The notes under the pieces were generated by a model. The model was not told the DNA's origin and ran no database searches. It worked only from the letters and a program-made list of their open reading frames with translations. Of a stretch of DNA of 64,000 nt, positions 20,231 to 29,900 are shown in pieces. The DNA is taken from IMG/VR virus record IMGVR_UViG_3300007511_000006; one strand, given 5' to 3'. Origin of the DNA: an uncultured virus (IMG/VR IMGVR_UViG_3300007511_000006) (lineage: Duplodnaviria > Heunggongvirae > Uroviricota > Caudoviricetes). The position numbers were made by a program, and so were the translations under genes. Position 1 is the stretch's first letter. The number at the start of each line of letters is the position of its first letter.

Positions 20231-20988
20231 TTAAGTAATTTATTTATAAACTCCTGTTCTATATAGTTTGCATAATCTTTATGTGCTTCGGGACCAAAAT
20301 GTTGCCATTTGTCCGATTTATGACCTAAGGCCACTGACTTACGAGTGAAAGCAATGGATGGATCATAGGGATCATTAAACAACCATGCGTCATTATTCCA
20401 GTTATTTTTAAAGAATTCGTTTACATTAAAAACCTCGTGTAAATGTAAAAACATGTGCTTAAAGTTTCTTTTAGTTAACCAATCACTAAATTCTTTAAAG
20501 TAGTATTGAAACTCTAGAGTTCTAGATTGAAATATTATGTTGCCTGTTTCCTTATGGTCATTTAATAGTCTATTTGTATAGTTAGACCACATCATGCTAA
20601 GTGTAATCCATTCAGCACTTTTGTCATGCCAGCGTATTTTATCAAAATTGGGAGGAAGCACACTTTCGCGAAAATTATACTGGTATAACGGTTCGCCACA
20701 TATTTGATGCCATACTCCATCTGCATACCATTCGGTACGTTCAACTGTTGACCACCCTATTAGAACTATAGTATTTTCAGGGTCTTTATCTCTTAGAAAT
20801 TCTTTACTAGTGCGAATAATTCTGTTGTTACTACATCCAGCAACGGATTCATTTATATAGTCTAGATTATGTTTTTTTGCTAGTAATCCAGCAAATGATA
20901 CTTCAGGCTGAAACATTATAGATTCTTCACTGTTTGGATGTTGGTAAGTTGCCGCAAGATGGCTGTCGCCGTTAGTGTATAAAAGCAT
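20227..20988 (-). CDS. SGNH/GDSL hydrolase-like protein
   Basis: NGDSH, GCSNNRI, IGWS..R, D..H near the C-terminus. Confidence 0.65.
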   Translation of the reverse strand: MLLYTNGDSHLAATYQHPNSEESIMFQPEVSFAGLLAKKHNLDYINESVAGCSNNRIIRTSKEFLRDKDPENTIVLIGWSTVERTEWYADGVWHQICGEPLYQYNFRESVLPPNFDKIRWHDKSAEWITLSMMWSNYTNRLLNDHKETGNIIFQSRTLEFQYYFKEFSDWLTKRNFKHMFLHLHEVFNVNEFFKNNWNNDAWLFNDPYDPSIAFTRKSVALGHKSDKWQHFGPEAHKDYANYIEQEFINKLLK

Positions 20989-21006
20989 TATTTACAAGTC
21001 AATATG

Positions 21007-21465
21007 TTAATTAACATAATCATCAAATAAACCATGTATTACATCAACAGCATTTTGAAAATCGTTAAACACCCAATTTGCCTTCGCTTTAATAAGTGGA
21101 TGGTTAGCGAGATATTCATCATCTGTGACGACAATAAGAGGTTTTCTTAAGCCAATTGCCCAACCAATTTCAATAATTGTGCCATATGACGGTCTACGGT
21201 TATTTAGTTCTTTTGGCAAAAATGCTAATACTAAGTCACATGTTTCTGTGTCATACCAATTTTTAGCGGCAATTGCTCCGGGAGCATTAAATCTTGGGTC
21301 ATTTCCAGGACCATATGTTTCTCCTTGCATTGGCTCACAACGCAACGGAGAAATTCCAATAATATTAGGATTTAGTTTTTCACTAACTTCATTTCGCCAG
21401 TCGTTCGCTTCGCCGTAAGTGCATTCCGCAATCGGGCCTGCGAGATAGATGTATTTTTTAGTCAT
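21007..21465 (-). CDS. Nucleoside 2-deoxyribosyltransferase-like protein
   Basis: IYLAGPI, D..A, SYGTIIEIGWA. Confidence 0.8.
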   Translation of the reverse strand: MTKKYIYLAGPIAECTYGEANDWRNEVSEKLNPNIIGISPLRCEPMQGETYGPGNDPRFNAPGAIAAKNWYDTETCDLVLAFLPKELNNRRPSYGTIIEIGWAIGLRKPLIVVTDDEYLANHPLIKAKANWVFNDFQNAVDVIHGLFDDYVN

Positions 21466-21510
21466 AACACAATTTTATACTATGTTACTAAGAAAGTCAA
21501 GTATATTGTT

Positions 21511-22143
21511 CTAGTCTGCTAAACCTGCGGCCTTAAGGAATAACTCGTCGTTAAAACGTGGGTTGTCTTGTCTAAACAAGGTTACCAAACGATCAGCAAA
21601 GTCCATTCTTGCATTAAGGTCTGTAATTTCTTGCAACATACTTGCAAATAGTTCATAATGCTTGCGTGAAAATGCTTCGTCTAGTTGTTGATCAGAAGTT
21701 TCATCAACTTCTTCAACACTTTCTGATGTTGCTAACATAGCACGTTGAACGGCTGGGTGCTCTGATAAGCCTGGAGCAATACCTTCAATTGCTTCTATTG
21801 CGTCTGTTAAGTTGCCACCTTTATAACGTGGATCATTTAAAATACCAAAAGCCATTCTAATTTGTTTTTCTGTGAACTCGCCATCTTCTCTTTCATACTT
21901 GGATTTATGGAGTGTTCCATGGTCTGTGTCTTCTTCTTCACTGCTTACAAGTTTATATTCACTCGCTGGGCGATCATCAAAGTCATCAACACTTACCCAT
22001 GCTTCTTCTAACTCGTCATCTTCTTCTAATGCTTCAAGTTCTTCTAGAGTAAGTTCTTCTTCAACCTCGTCCTCTGCAATAACATCTGCAGGCTTTGGTT
22101 GGTTAATTAAGTCTAGTGTTGTTAAAATGCTTCTCATATCCAT
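21511..22143 (-). CDS. Acidic protein, possibly prohead core or head-internal
   Basis: Very Glu-rich with repeated LxE sites; late promoter upstream. Confidence 0.5.
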   Translation of the reverse strand: MDMRSILTTLDLINQPKPADVIAEDEVEEELTLEELEALEEDDELEEAWVSVDDFDDRPASEYKLVSSEEEDTDHGTLHKSKYEREDGEFTEKQIRMAFGILNDPRYKGGNLTDAIEAIEGIAPGLSEHPAVQRAMLATSESVEEVDETSDQQLDEAFSRKHYELFASMLQEITDLNARMDFADRLVTLFRQDNPRFNDELFLKAAGLAD

Positions 22144-22200
22144 AGTAATGTTTCCATCGTAAAGTTAATAAAGTACTATTGTATTTATGTAAATATTAAT

Positions 22201-23088
22201 ATGAACGATGATTTAAAAAAAGTCCGTAAAATGGATTTAGATGTACTAGACAAATTTCTACTAGAAAAAACAGATTATTCTAATGTAAAACCATTAAATT
22301 TAAAGTTTGATGTTATTTTTATGAGTTATTATGAAAAAGATGCTGATAAAAACTTTGAAACTTTAAAAAAACTAGTACCAAATGCAAAAAGAGTAAATGG
22401 CGTTACGGGCATACTCAATGCTTATAACGCATGTAGGGAATTGTCCGAAACAAAATTTTATTATATTGTCGAAGGAGACAATATTATATGTAATGATTTT
22501 GACTTTAAACTTCCTATTCAATGGTATAAAAACGTTTTGTACCATAATATTCGTGATCAAAAAGAAAATTCTATTCCGGTTGACATAGAAACAATTTATC
22601 CAAATTTATCAGTTATGTGGGATACAGTAAATCCTATTAACGGAGAAATTTTACCACACAGTCCAATAGGCTTTACATATAAATCTAATAAACCATATAT
22701 ATATTATCCAAAAGCTACCGCAGCTGATACATTTAAAGCGTCCGGAGTTCCTGTACGACGAATCGGAAGTATTGATGCATTTAATTCTTCTCCTTACGAT
22801 GCATGGAAGGCAGGCTTTAGAATAGGAAATAGACTTACTTATCAAATACTAAATATGAAGACACCCAAGCACGATACACTTTACCAAGAAGAAAGATTGC
22901 ACCATTGGGAAAGCGTAGGTTATGATCGTTATAACGGTAAATATTGCATAGAAGGTGTTAAGTTAGGAATGTCGTTAGCCTTGAAGGACGATAATTGGTG
23001 GCTAAAATATAGAGAGACGTCACAAAATTTTAATAATTTAAAAAATATTTTTAAAAAAGAGTATGGAACAGAGTATCACAATAACTGA
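22201..23088 (+). CDS. GT-A glycosyltransferase-like phage protein
   Basis: VIFMSYYE, RVNGVTG..NA, YIVEGDN, AWKAGFR. Confidence 0.55.
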   Translation: MNDDLKKVRKMDLDVLDKFLLEKTDYSNVKPLNLKFDVIFMSYYEKDADKNFETLKKLVPNAKRVNGVTGILNAYNACRELSETKFYYIVEGDNIICNDFDFKLPIQWYKNVLYHNIRDQKENSIPVDIETIYPNLSVMWDTVNPINGEILPHSPIGFTYKSNKPYIYYPKATAADTFKASGVPVRRIGSIDAFNSSPYDAWKAGFRIGNRLTYQILNMKTPKHDTLYQEERLHHWESVGYDRYNGKYCIEGVKLGMSLALKDDNWWLKYRETSQNFNNLKNIFKKEYGTEYHNN

Positions 23089-23395
23089 ATCAGCACTAGC
23101 ACAACTACTAGTGATTGCAAACAAAAACGAAGTATCCGACGTTAGATACTTTTTAGATGGCGGCGGATGTTCCGGGTTGCTTGGTAAATGGGCAATTGGA
23201 ACAGGTAAAGAGGAAAGCGATATTACTTTTGATCTAGGCGAAAGTAAAGAACTTCTAATAGATAGTTTAACAGCATCATATATGAAAGATGCTACTATAG
23301 ATTATACTGGTGATTTTATGCCTGCTTTTAAAGTAACAATACCAGACACTAATTCATGCGGTTGTGGCGAATCTTTTCAGATGCCTAATAATTAG
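23063..23395 (+). CDS. HesB/IscA-type Fe-S cluster assembly protein
   Basis: ITITESA, GGGCSG, CGCGESF. Confidence 0.88.
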   Translation: MEQSITITESALAQLLVIANKNEVSDVRYFLDGGGCSGLLGKWAIGTGKEESDITFDLGESKELLIDSLTASYMKDATIDYTGDFMPAFKVTIPDTNSCGCGESFQMPNN

Positions 23396-24051
23396 ACTGT
23401 AAATCTTTCCGCACTTTTATTAATAATTAAATTATAAATTTCTTCCCAATTTTTTGCTAAGGGAATGTCACCTTCATAGTCCATATTATGCCCGTGTTCG
23501 AATATAACGCTGTTAAGTCCTAAACGTTTTCCTACTTCTGCATTTTTTACTTTATCTTCGATCCACCAGCATTGTGTATTTCTGTACGGCGATAGTGCTT
23601 CATCTTTGTCGGCACCAGTATCTAGACAAATAACTTTCTCAAATGCTGTTTCACCAAACAGTTTTGCCAAGTTTCTCTCACGTAGTTTACCTGCGTATGG
23701 ATCTGTGCTTAGTGATGTAATAGCATGGAAAACATAACCGTGCTGTTCATGTAATTTCTTAACATAGTGAACAGAGTCACGCGAGGGCGGCAAAAATCCA
23801 ATTGACGCACTTTCATTAAAACTTGATGTGAGTCGTTTGCCTTGTTCTGGTGTAATGCTAAAACGTTTAGCAATACCATATATTTGTTTGTGTTCTTTTA
23901 TAGGAGTGTGTCCGTGTTTTTCCATCCATACGTGAAAAGCAAACTCCCAATCTAGTAAAACGCCATCTACGTCTGTTAGTATTATTTTGTCTTTTATCAT
24001 GTCTTTGTATTGTTCATAAGTTTTTATATTATATGTGGATATTGTAGTCAC
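23392..24051 (-). CDS. HAD-family 5'-nucleotidase-like protein (T4 30.2-like)
   Basis: LTDVDGVLLDW, ITS, WIEDK. Confidence 0.8.
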   Translation of the reverse strand: MTTISTYNIKTYEQYKDMIKDKIILTDVDGVLLDWEFAFHVWMEKHGHTPIKEHKQIYGIAKRFSITPEQGKRLTSSFNESASIGFLPPSRDSVHYVKKLHEQHGYVFHAITSLSTDPYAGKLRERNLAKLFGETAFEKVICLDTGADKDEALSPYRNTQCWWIEDKVKNAEVGKRLGLNSVIFEHGHNMDYEGDIPLAKNWEEIYNLIINKSAERFTV

Positions 24052-24248
24052 TATTCACTAGAAGGCTTTGCTGTGGTTTTAAACCAGCCAGTCCCTTTAA
24101 GAACAAAGTTAGATTGTGATATTATTTTTTTAAGTGTTTCTTGAGAGCAATGTGGGCAAAACTTTAATGGCTCATCATTTATTTTTTGCATGACTTCTAC
24201 CATCATTTCACATACTTCATTTGTGCATTTATATTCGTATATTGGCAT
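24051..24248 (-). CDS. FmdB-family zinc-ribbon protein
   Basis: MPIYEYKC...CPHC...FVLKGTGW. Confidence 0.85.
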   Translation of the reverse strand: MPIYEYKCTNEVCEMMVEVMQKINDEPLKFCPHCSQETLKKIISQSNFVLKGTGWFKTTAKPSSE

Positions 24249-24250
24249 AT

Positions 24251-24547
24251 TTAAATATCCAAATCTTGATCATCCAATATTGATTCAATATGTGGTGATA
24301 CTGTTTTATAATCAGCGATTTCCATTAAAAGCGCATCATCTTTAACCATATATATATAGGCTATACTATTTGGATTTCTCTTTCGCATAACTTTTTCAAG
24401 CCACACTATTTTATTTGATTCTGCAACCTTTCTTTCTTCGCCTTTTGAAATGATATGCCAAAGTCTTACTGGCTTCCAAGCAAACCAAATATGCCATTCT
24501 TGTAATCTTATACGCTTTTCATCCCTGGTTTCTTTTGTCCAATGCAT
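24251..24547 (-). CDS. Hypothetical protein
   Basis: WHIWFAWKPVRL...VWLE motif. Confidence 0.55.
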   Translation of the reverse strand: MHWTKETRDEKRIRLQEWHIWFAWKPVRLWHIISKGEERKVAESNKIVWLEKVMRKRNPNSIAYIYMVKDDALLMEIADYKTVSPHIESILDDQDLDI

Positions 24548-24559
24548 TGTTGAGATTTC

Positions 24560-25351
24560 CTATGCAAACTGTTCTCCATATTCATCAATTGATTCAAAAT
24601 CATGCTCATTTGCTAACATCGCATTTCCATATTCAATAACCATTAACTTACATGCTTTGCGTTTGTTTTCATTACGCAATGCATGGAATTGACCCAATGG
24701 AATATAAAAATGTTGATGAGCGTCTAAATCACGTGATTTAATATTTCCTAATGTTTCTTCCCATGCATAGTCTACTATACATTGACCACCCATAACAAAC
24801 CAAAATTCACTTTTTCTCATATGGCGCCCAAAAGTCATTTGATGTTTGGGTTCCAAACTTACTTCTTTTACTCTACAATTACTATCTTGATATACAACAT
24901 TATAATAACCATAATCCGTATAACACATACCAAATTTATAATTACGAATCAATTGACTAGATGAAGTCTTCTTTTCAAAACCACCAACGCCAAAAATAAA
25001 CTCAACGTCTGCTATTGCTTGTTCAGGAACATTGGTGGTGTCTCTGTCACCCCCGTTGGCAAAAACAATTGTATCATTTGGATAATGTTCCTTTATTTTT
25101 TCTAATGCATGGATGGCAGTATTGTCTTTGTCATTAAATCCAACTACATCGTCTACTACTGAAAGACTATTAAGAATAAGTGCCCTCTCTTCAAAAAGCA
25201 TAAATGATCTACCTTTTTTACGAGAAAGCCACTTGTCACTGTTTAAAGCCACGATAAGTTTGTCGCCAAGTTTTTTGGCCTCATTAAATAATGCAATGTG
25301 CCCTTTATGAATCGGATCAAATCCGCCTGAGACTACTACTATCGTCGCCAT
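24560..25351 (-). CDS. Cytidylyltransferase-like domain fused to a cupin (mannose-6-phosphate isomerase-like)
   Basis: SGGFDPIHKGH, FANGGDR; C-terminal cupin H..KSEFW...H. Confidence 0.85.
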   Translation of the reverse strand: MATIVVVSGGFDPIHKGHIALFNEAKKLGDKLIVALNSDKWLSRKKGRSFMLFEERALILNSLSVVDDVVGFNDKDNTAIHALEKIKEHYPNDTIVFANGGDRDTTNVPEQAIADVEFIFGVGGFEKKTSSSQLIRNYKFGMCYTDYGYYNVVYQDSNCRVKEVSLEPKHQMTFGRHMRKSEFWFVMGGQCIVDYAWEETLGNIKSRDLDAHQHFYIPLGQFHALRNENKRKACKLMVIEYGNAMLANEHDFESIDEYGEQFA

Positions 25352-25413
25352 ATTAATATTTATTCGTAATCTATTTTACTGTACTATAATTATATATTAC
25401 ATTACGGTCATTG

Positions 25414-26436
25414 TCAAGAAATAGCGTATTTGTTTAGATTGCGCTCGAATTCGCTCAAACGTTTATATATTGAACGCAATTCTGTAATTGTTGTCCAGTT
25501 ATGCAAGAATAATGCAAACCCACCATGTACTTTCTGGAACGCATTTGACACTTGCACTACTACACCTAATAATACAGCACCAGTAAACAAACTTGGACCT
25601 ACGATTAAGTAAGGCACAATAACCATTGCTTGATCATACATAATCATCCATGTGTCAAAATATCCATAGTGTAAGTACAAACGTTGATAGTTGAAACGTA
25701 TGCCTGTGAATAAACTTGCTAATGTTTCTGGTTGTGCATAGTTTACTTTGTCATCTTCACCAAACACTAAATCCTTTCTAAATGCGGCTTCGACACGTTG
25801 ATTGTTATATTCAAGTCCGGGCAGTTTAATACCTACAAACCATGAAATAACCAACCCGCCTATAGATACAAATAATGCTACCCATACAAGTGAGCCAGGA
25901 ATGTCGCTAAAGAATGGAATAGTAACTGAAGAACTTAACCCCCACAGCACTGGAATAAACGCAACGAGTGTCATTAACGCCCGCACAACTTGCAATCCCA
26001 AACTTTCTACAATTCTAGCAAACCGATTGCAGTCCTCTTGAATACGCTGTGATGCACCTTCAATTTCTTCTTCAACATTGCGCCAACGCGGAATGTAGTC
26101 AAAGGTCATTGCCTCTCGCCAACGGAGTCCGTATATGCGTGTAAACCACCCAGTGAGCACCGCTAACAGCACATATGGAAATGCTAATACAGCAAATGAG
26201 GGATCACCATCACTAAAATATTGTAAGCCTAGTAATTTTTCATAAAATAAAGAAATGCCTTCACTGGCATTATTTTTATATTCACCAGACTTTTGTAGTA
26301 AGTCATAAAATCCACCATACCATGTGTTTATCGCTACTGTTAATTGAACTTGTAACCATAACGATATAACTAATAGAGAGCCACCGCCATAAGCCCATAG
26401 TGCCCATTTCTTAGTTTTATAAAATGCTTTTATCAT
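25414..26436 (-). CDS. sbmA: SbmA/BacA family peptide transporter
   Basis: INTWYGGFYD, WREAM, IEGASQRIQED, LPGLEYNNQRVEAAFRKDLV, ELRSIYKRL. Confidence 0.9.
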   Translation of the reverse strand: MIKAFYKTKKWALWAYGGGSLLVISLWLQVQLTVAINTWYGGFYDLLQKSGEYKNNASEGISLFYEKLLGLQYFSDGDPSFAVLAFPYVLLAVLTGWFTRIYGLRWREAMTFDYIPRWRNVEEEIEGASQRIQEDCNRFARIVESLGLQVVRALMTLVAFIPVLWGLSSSVTIPFFSDIPGSLVWVALFVSIGGLVISWFVGIKLPGLEYNNQRVEAAFRKDLVFGEDDKVNYAQPETLASLFTGIRFNYQRLYLHYGYFDTWMIMYDQAMVIVPYLIVGPSLFTGAVLLGVVVQVSNAFQKVHGGFALFLHNWTTITELRSIYKRLSEFERNLNKYAIS

Positions 26437-26714
26437 TTATTTTTGTGCCGATAAATTAAAGTGTCCATTAATTGAACTATGATTGATAGATCATGATTAA
26501 AATCTTCATTATCAGTATCAATACCGCTTTCTGCTAAAACATCGAGTGTCTTAATTAACCAACGATCAGATACTGTTTTAGTAAATTCATCATCGAAAAT
26601 TTTATGTAGGAAATTTCCGTCAATATTGGTTTCGTCTATTTTCTTTCCTTTAATATCAACGACATTGTCATCACTCATCTGGCCAGTCCCTGTATAATGC
26701 GTGTTGGATATCAT
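26433..26714 (-). CDS. Hypothetical protein (start probably at MSDDNVV)
   Basis: Coupled to neighbours. Confidence 0.5.
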   Translation of the reverse strand: MISNTHYTGTGQMSDDNVVDIKGKKIDETNIDGNFLHKIFDDEFTKTVSDRWLIKTLDVLAESGIDTDNEDFNHDLSIIVQLMDTLIYRHKNK

Positions 26715-27024
26715 CTGCTACAAATTGATTGAACGACTTATGTTTTTCATCAACCTTGCCTTCCACTTCATCTAAAACATAGCGATCAGGCCTGGCAACG
26801 CGATGGAAAGCTGACTCCAATTGCGACATGTCTGTTGTTTCAATCATAATATGCCATTCTGGCAAATCTTGTATACTGCGAAATCCTAACTTACAACGTG
26901 TAATACGATATGATTCGATTTTATTTTCTTCTTTGAGTTGATTAAGGAAACTTTTAATATTGTCGACAAATTCTTCGTCGGTAATATCACCTTCAATATT
27001 TGCCCAGACGTGATAGATATCCAT
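26671..27024 (-). CDS. Conserved hypothetical protein (DUF6614-like)
   Basis: YRITRCKLGF, EWHIMIE, ALYRDWPD. Confidence 0.6.
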   Translation of the reverse strand: MDIYHVWANIEGDITDEEFVDNIKSFLNQLKEENKIESYRITRCKLGFRSIQDLPEWHIMIETTDMSQLESAFHRVARPDRYVLDEVEGKVDEKHKSFNQFVADDIQHALYRDWPDE

Positions 27025-27053
27025 AATAATACTTATGCATAAAGAATTTATGT

Positions 27054-27473
27054 TTAATTTAAATTGAAATTGTTACATACATTATGTTCTTCACAATCTT
27101 TAATAGAATTTTTAGCAACGTCTATTGCTTTTTCTAGCATTGCGAACCAATGTTCAGCGTCGATATAACCAACCCATCTTACAATTTCTCGCTTTTTTTC
27201 TTCGTCCCATATAAAGAACGTAGGAGTGGCATAAAGTTTTTTTATTTTGCCGTCACGATAGTATTGAATATAATCTAAGTTTTCAATAATACCATGTGTA
27301 ATGTTAATTTCTATCAAAGGAAGATACGAATCTAATTCTGGAGTATAGAGTGGCTGTACTTGTGCCTGCCATGCGCGACACGACGGACACCAATCTGCTT
27401 CTACAACAAATAGTTGTAAACTATACGCTGTTGTTGGTATTAATAATAACAAGAATAATAATAATTTTCTCAT
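27054..27473 (-). CDS. Exported thioredoxin-like protein
   Basis: Signal peptide, WCPSC, TPTF cis-Pro loop. Confidence 0.75.
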   Translation of the reverse strand: MRKLLLFLLLLIPTTAYSLQLFVVEADWCPSCRAWQAQVQPLYTPELDSYLPLIEINITHGIIENLDYIQYYRDGKIKKLYATPTFFIWDEEKKREIVRWVGYIDAEHWFAMLEKAIDVAKNSIKDCEEHNVCNNFNLN

Positions 27474-27497
27474 ACTGTATTTATTATTTAATAAATA

Positions 27498-27737
27498 TTG
27501 ATTATGGACGATGGCATAATAGACTTTGACAAAATATTGAAGTTAAAGAAGAAAAAACAACAAGAAATTGAAGAACTTCGTACAAGAATTAAAGAATTAA
27601 ACAACAACAAATTTTGGATTGAAAAGGAAATTCAAATAGCCGAGTTTCTCATTTTTTCTATAGAAAAAGAAATTGCGCCCGGGGCAGTTGTAGCTGCATT
27701 AATCGAAAATGAGTTGAGAGATCTTGATGAAGAATAA
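27498..27737 (+). CDS. Coiled-coil hypothetical protein (start probably ATG 27504)
   Basis: TAAATA 6 nt before the ATG at 27504. Confidence 0.55.
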   Translation: MIMDDGIIDFDKILKLKKKKQQEIEELRTRIKELNNNKFWIEKEIQIAEFLIFSIEKEIAPGAVVAALIENELRDLDEE

Positions 27738-28311
27738 TATAGCATTTGTACTAGGGAATGGCACAAGTAGACAAGCGATATCTTTAGACAGTTTAAAAGA
27801 AAATGGAATAGTCTATGGATGTAATGCATTGTATAGAGAGTTCACTCCACATCATCTTGTCGCCGTTAATCCTGAAATGATATTTGAAATTAATAAGGCA
27901 AAATATAAAGGAGCAACCTACTTTGAAAATCCACACGGCTGGAGTTCTGGACCTACAGCATTGTGGTTAGCAAGTAACATTGGACATACCACCATCTACA
28001 TATTAGGATTTGACTTTACTGGTTTAAACGGAAAAATTAATAATATATATGCCGGCACACCAAACTATCTAGACACTGATTCTGAAGAAGTGTATTATGG
28101 TAACTGGTTAAAACATACTGCTGAAGTTATAGAAGAGTTCCCACAAATAGATTATATTAGAATTAAAAACAACAATTATAATCCTGAAAAATTATCTATA
28201 CTTAGTAATTACAATGAAGAGGAAATAAGTATGTTTGCAAAAAGAATAAACTTAGCAAATGATATCGGCCAAATTCATCAGGTATTACGAACTAAAAAAG
28301 TTTTTAATTAG
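27724..28311 (+). CDS. DUF115/MptE-like protein, paralog of 15657..16301
   Basis: LGNGTSR, YGCNALYR, WSSGPTA, ILGFDF. Confidence 0.6.
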   Translation: MMKNNIAFVLGNGTSRQAISLDSLKENGIVYGCNALYREFTPHHLVAVNPEMIFEINKAKYKGATYFENPHGWSSGPTALWLASNIGHTTIYILGFDFTGLNGKINNIYAGTPNYLDTDSEEVYYGNWLKHTAEVIEEFPQIDYIRIKNNNYNPEKLSILSNYNEEEISMFAKRINLANDIGQIHQVLRTKKVFN

Positions 28312-28795
28312 CGGGGTTTGAAAGGAAACGATCTTTTTCTAGGCCATACTTGTCTAATATATAGTAATATAAATCTACATATTTTTCATAATGCAGTATT
28401 TCGTAATCTCTGCCGCGCCCATCTTGCGATCGTTCTAGCCATGTTTCTGGATTTGCTGATCCTTTTGACCTGTTAATAGAAGAACATGCCGGAACATGAT
28501 TTTCCGAATCATTAGCAAACTCTACCCAAAGTTCTTTTGGTAATCCTAACTCACATGCTTCTTTTAAACTTACAACATGGTCAATGTCAATACCGTCGCA
28601 TAGTGGATGAACACCTCGTTCATAGCCTGTATACCAACCATGTGTTGCATCACTTGAGTAGGATCGAAAGTTAAATTGTTCTCTAACGTTAGTACAACCT
28701 TCAACACACGCAACCGCATTAATGCTTGCGTATGTTAGTAAGCCTAATAACCCTAATACTAATATAACATTTTTAATAATATTTCTTGTTATCAT
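28304..28795 (-). CDS. Exported HNH/His-Me nuclease-like protein
   Basis: IDHVV, FAND..N, NRSKG; N-terminal hydrophobic segment. Confidence 0.7.
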   Translation of the reverse strand: MITRNIIKNVILVLGLLGLLTYASINAVACVEGCTNVREQFNFRSYSSDATHGWYTGYERGVHPLCDGIDIDHVVSLKEACELGLPKELWVEFANDSENHVPACSSINRSKGSANPETWLERSQDGRGRDYEILHYEKYVDLYYYILDKYGLEKDRFLSNPAN

Positions 28796-29577
28796 GAATA
28801 CATACTTCCATATAAATCTAAATAAGGTACTAACACATTTTTACACCAGTCACAATGACCTTCATAACTCGGATGCATCCCGTCTTCATAGAGGGTAATA
28901 TTTTTATCTATAGACCATTGCAGTATGCTTTTTTCTAGAGGTATTACTTTAATATTAGAATATCTATGTAAAAAATCCAATGTTTGTGGGTACATCTCGT
29001 CTTTGTATTCTCCATACCAATCCCAACCAAAATATAATATTATTTCTTTGACCGTATTAGACCATAAGCCTATATTAACAAGCGTTTCTTGCAAATGATA
29101 AATTGTTCGGGTAAGGCAGCCAAATTTCATTTCATAATGAAATCTTTGATTGTTTGCTCTAATACTTATTGCTTTCCTGTTAAAAATACTCCATTCTTCT
29201 TCAGTATAACTTTTTAGTTTATTGTGATAGAACCACATCCAATCCCAGTCAGGTTTCTTCTCAACGTCGTCTTCCCCATATTTAAGACCATGAAACTCTA
29301 CATCTTGATCGTCATTCAATAGATAAAAAAGTCTATCTGGCGCTGTTAACTGCCAAAGTAGTGTGGTATCTTTATTAATTAAATTTTTTGCATAAAGATT
29401 AGATAATCTATGGTGTTGTAAATAATTGTCTCCACCGCCTTGTGAAATATGTTTAATATCTAAACTATAGGTACCATTTAAATAGTGCACATAGCCGTGC
29501 TGTTGAGTTAAACTACATCCTGTTAAACTACATCCTAAAGCAACATATTTGTAAGGCGTTTCTTCTTTCGTTTCCAT
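28792..29577 (-). CDS. SGNH hydrolase-like protein
   Basis: ALGCSLT (duplicated), WQLT..DR, DGMHP; start set to the ATG 5 nt after TAAATA. Confidence 0.6.
   Translation of the reverse strand: METKEETPYKYVALGCSLTGCSLTQQHGYVHYLNGTYSLDIKHISQGGGDNYLQHHRLSNLYAKNLINKDTTLLWQLTAPDRLFYLLNDDQDVEFHGLKYGEDDVEKKPDWDWMWFYHNKLKSYTEEEWSIFNRKAISIRANNQRFHYEMKFGCLTRTIYHLQETLVNIGLWSNTVKEIILYFGWDWYGEYKDEMYPQTLDFLHRYSNIKVIPLEKSILQWSIDKNITLYEDGMHPSYEGHCDWCKNVLVPYLDLYGSMYS
29507..29536. repeat. 15-bp direct duplication GTTAAACTACATCCT x2
   Basis: Encodes GCSLT-GCSLT. Confidence 0.9.
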
Positions 29578-29589
29578 ACACATATTTAG

Positions 29590-29848
29590 TGGGGGCGACT
29601 TTGTTAAGAAGGTGTCGCCCCCGAAACCCCCTACGCGACCGCTAATTAGGCGGCTAATGCGTAATCGTAATAATCGTCATTTGCAATTATATAGTTTGCT
29701 GTTTTTTAATATGGAACTGCTCCCATATGTCGTCCATTTATCCTCTTCACCCTGTCGAAACTGTGTCACCCCCGTAAAAAATTTGGTGGAGGTGCCGGGC
29801 ACTGCCCCCGGGTCCAGAATGCGTACTTTCAACTTCATACGACAATCA
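29590..29848 (-). ncRNA. ssrA: tmRNA, circularly permuted two-piece type; tag (A)ANDDYYDYALAA
   Basis: Minus strand order: acceptor piece ending CCGGG-GGCAGTG-CCCGG-CACCTCCACCA (CCA end at 29784), 10-nt spacer, coding piece starting GGGGGTG (29773) giving G3.U70, tag frame 29684-29646, terminal hairpin 29591-29622. Confidence 0.93.
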
Positions 29849-29852
29849 AAAT

Positions 29853-29860
29853 TATTTATA
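29853..29860 (-). promoter_or_regulatory. T4-type late promoter TATAAATA upstream of the tmRNA
   Basis: Exact TATAAATA on the minus strand. Confidence 0.7.
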
Positions 29861-29874
29861 TAGGTGTAGAAGAA

Positions 29875-29900
29875 TAAAGGAATACCTGAGCATTCCTTTA
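29875..29900 (-). terminator. Hairpin at the end of the bL33 gene
   Basis: TAAAGGAAT...ATTCCTTTA inverted repeat. Confidence 0.5.

Noticed and set aside
28304..28795. Mobile homing endonuclease or intron
   Set aside because: The ORF has an N-terminal export-like segment, interrupts no gene, and no intron structure is evident
29767..29815. Stand-alone tRNA gene
   Set aside because: There is no anticodon arm and the halves are permuted; this is the tRNA-like domain of the tmRNA
29612..29863. 83-aa plus-strand ORF
   Set aside because: Antisense to the tmRNA, with no protein features
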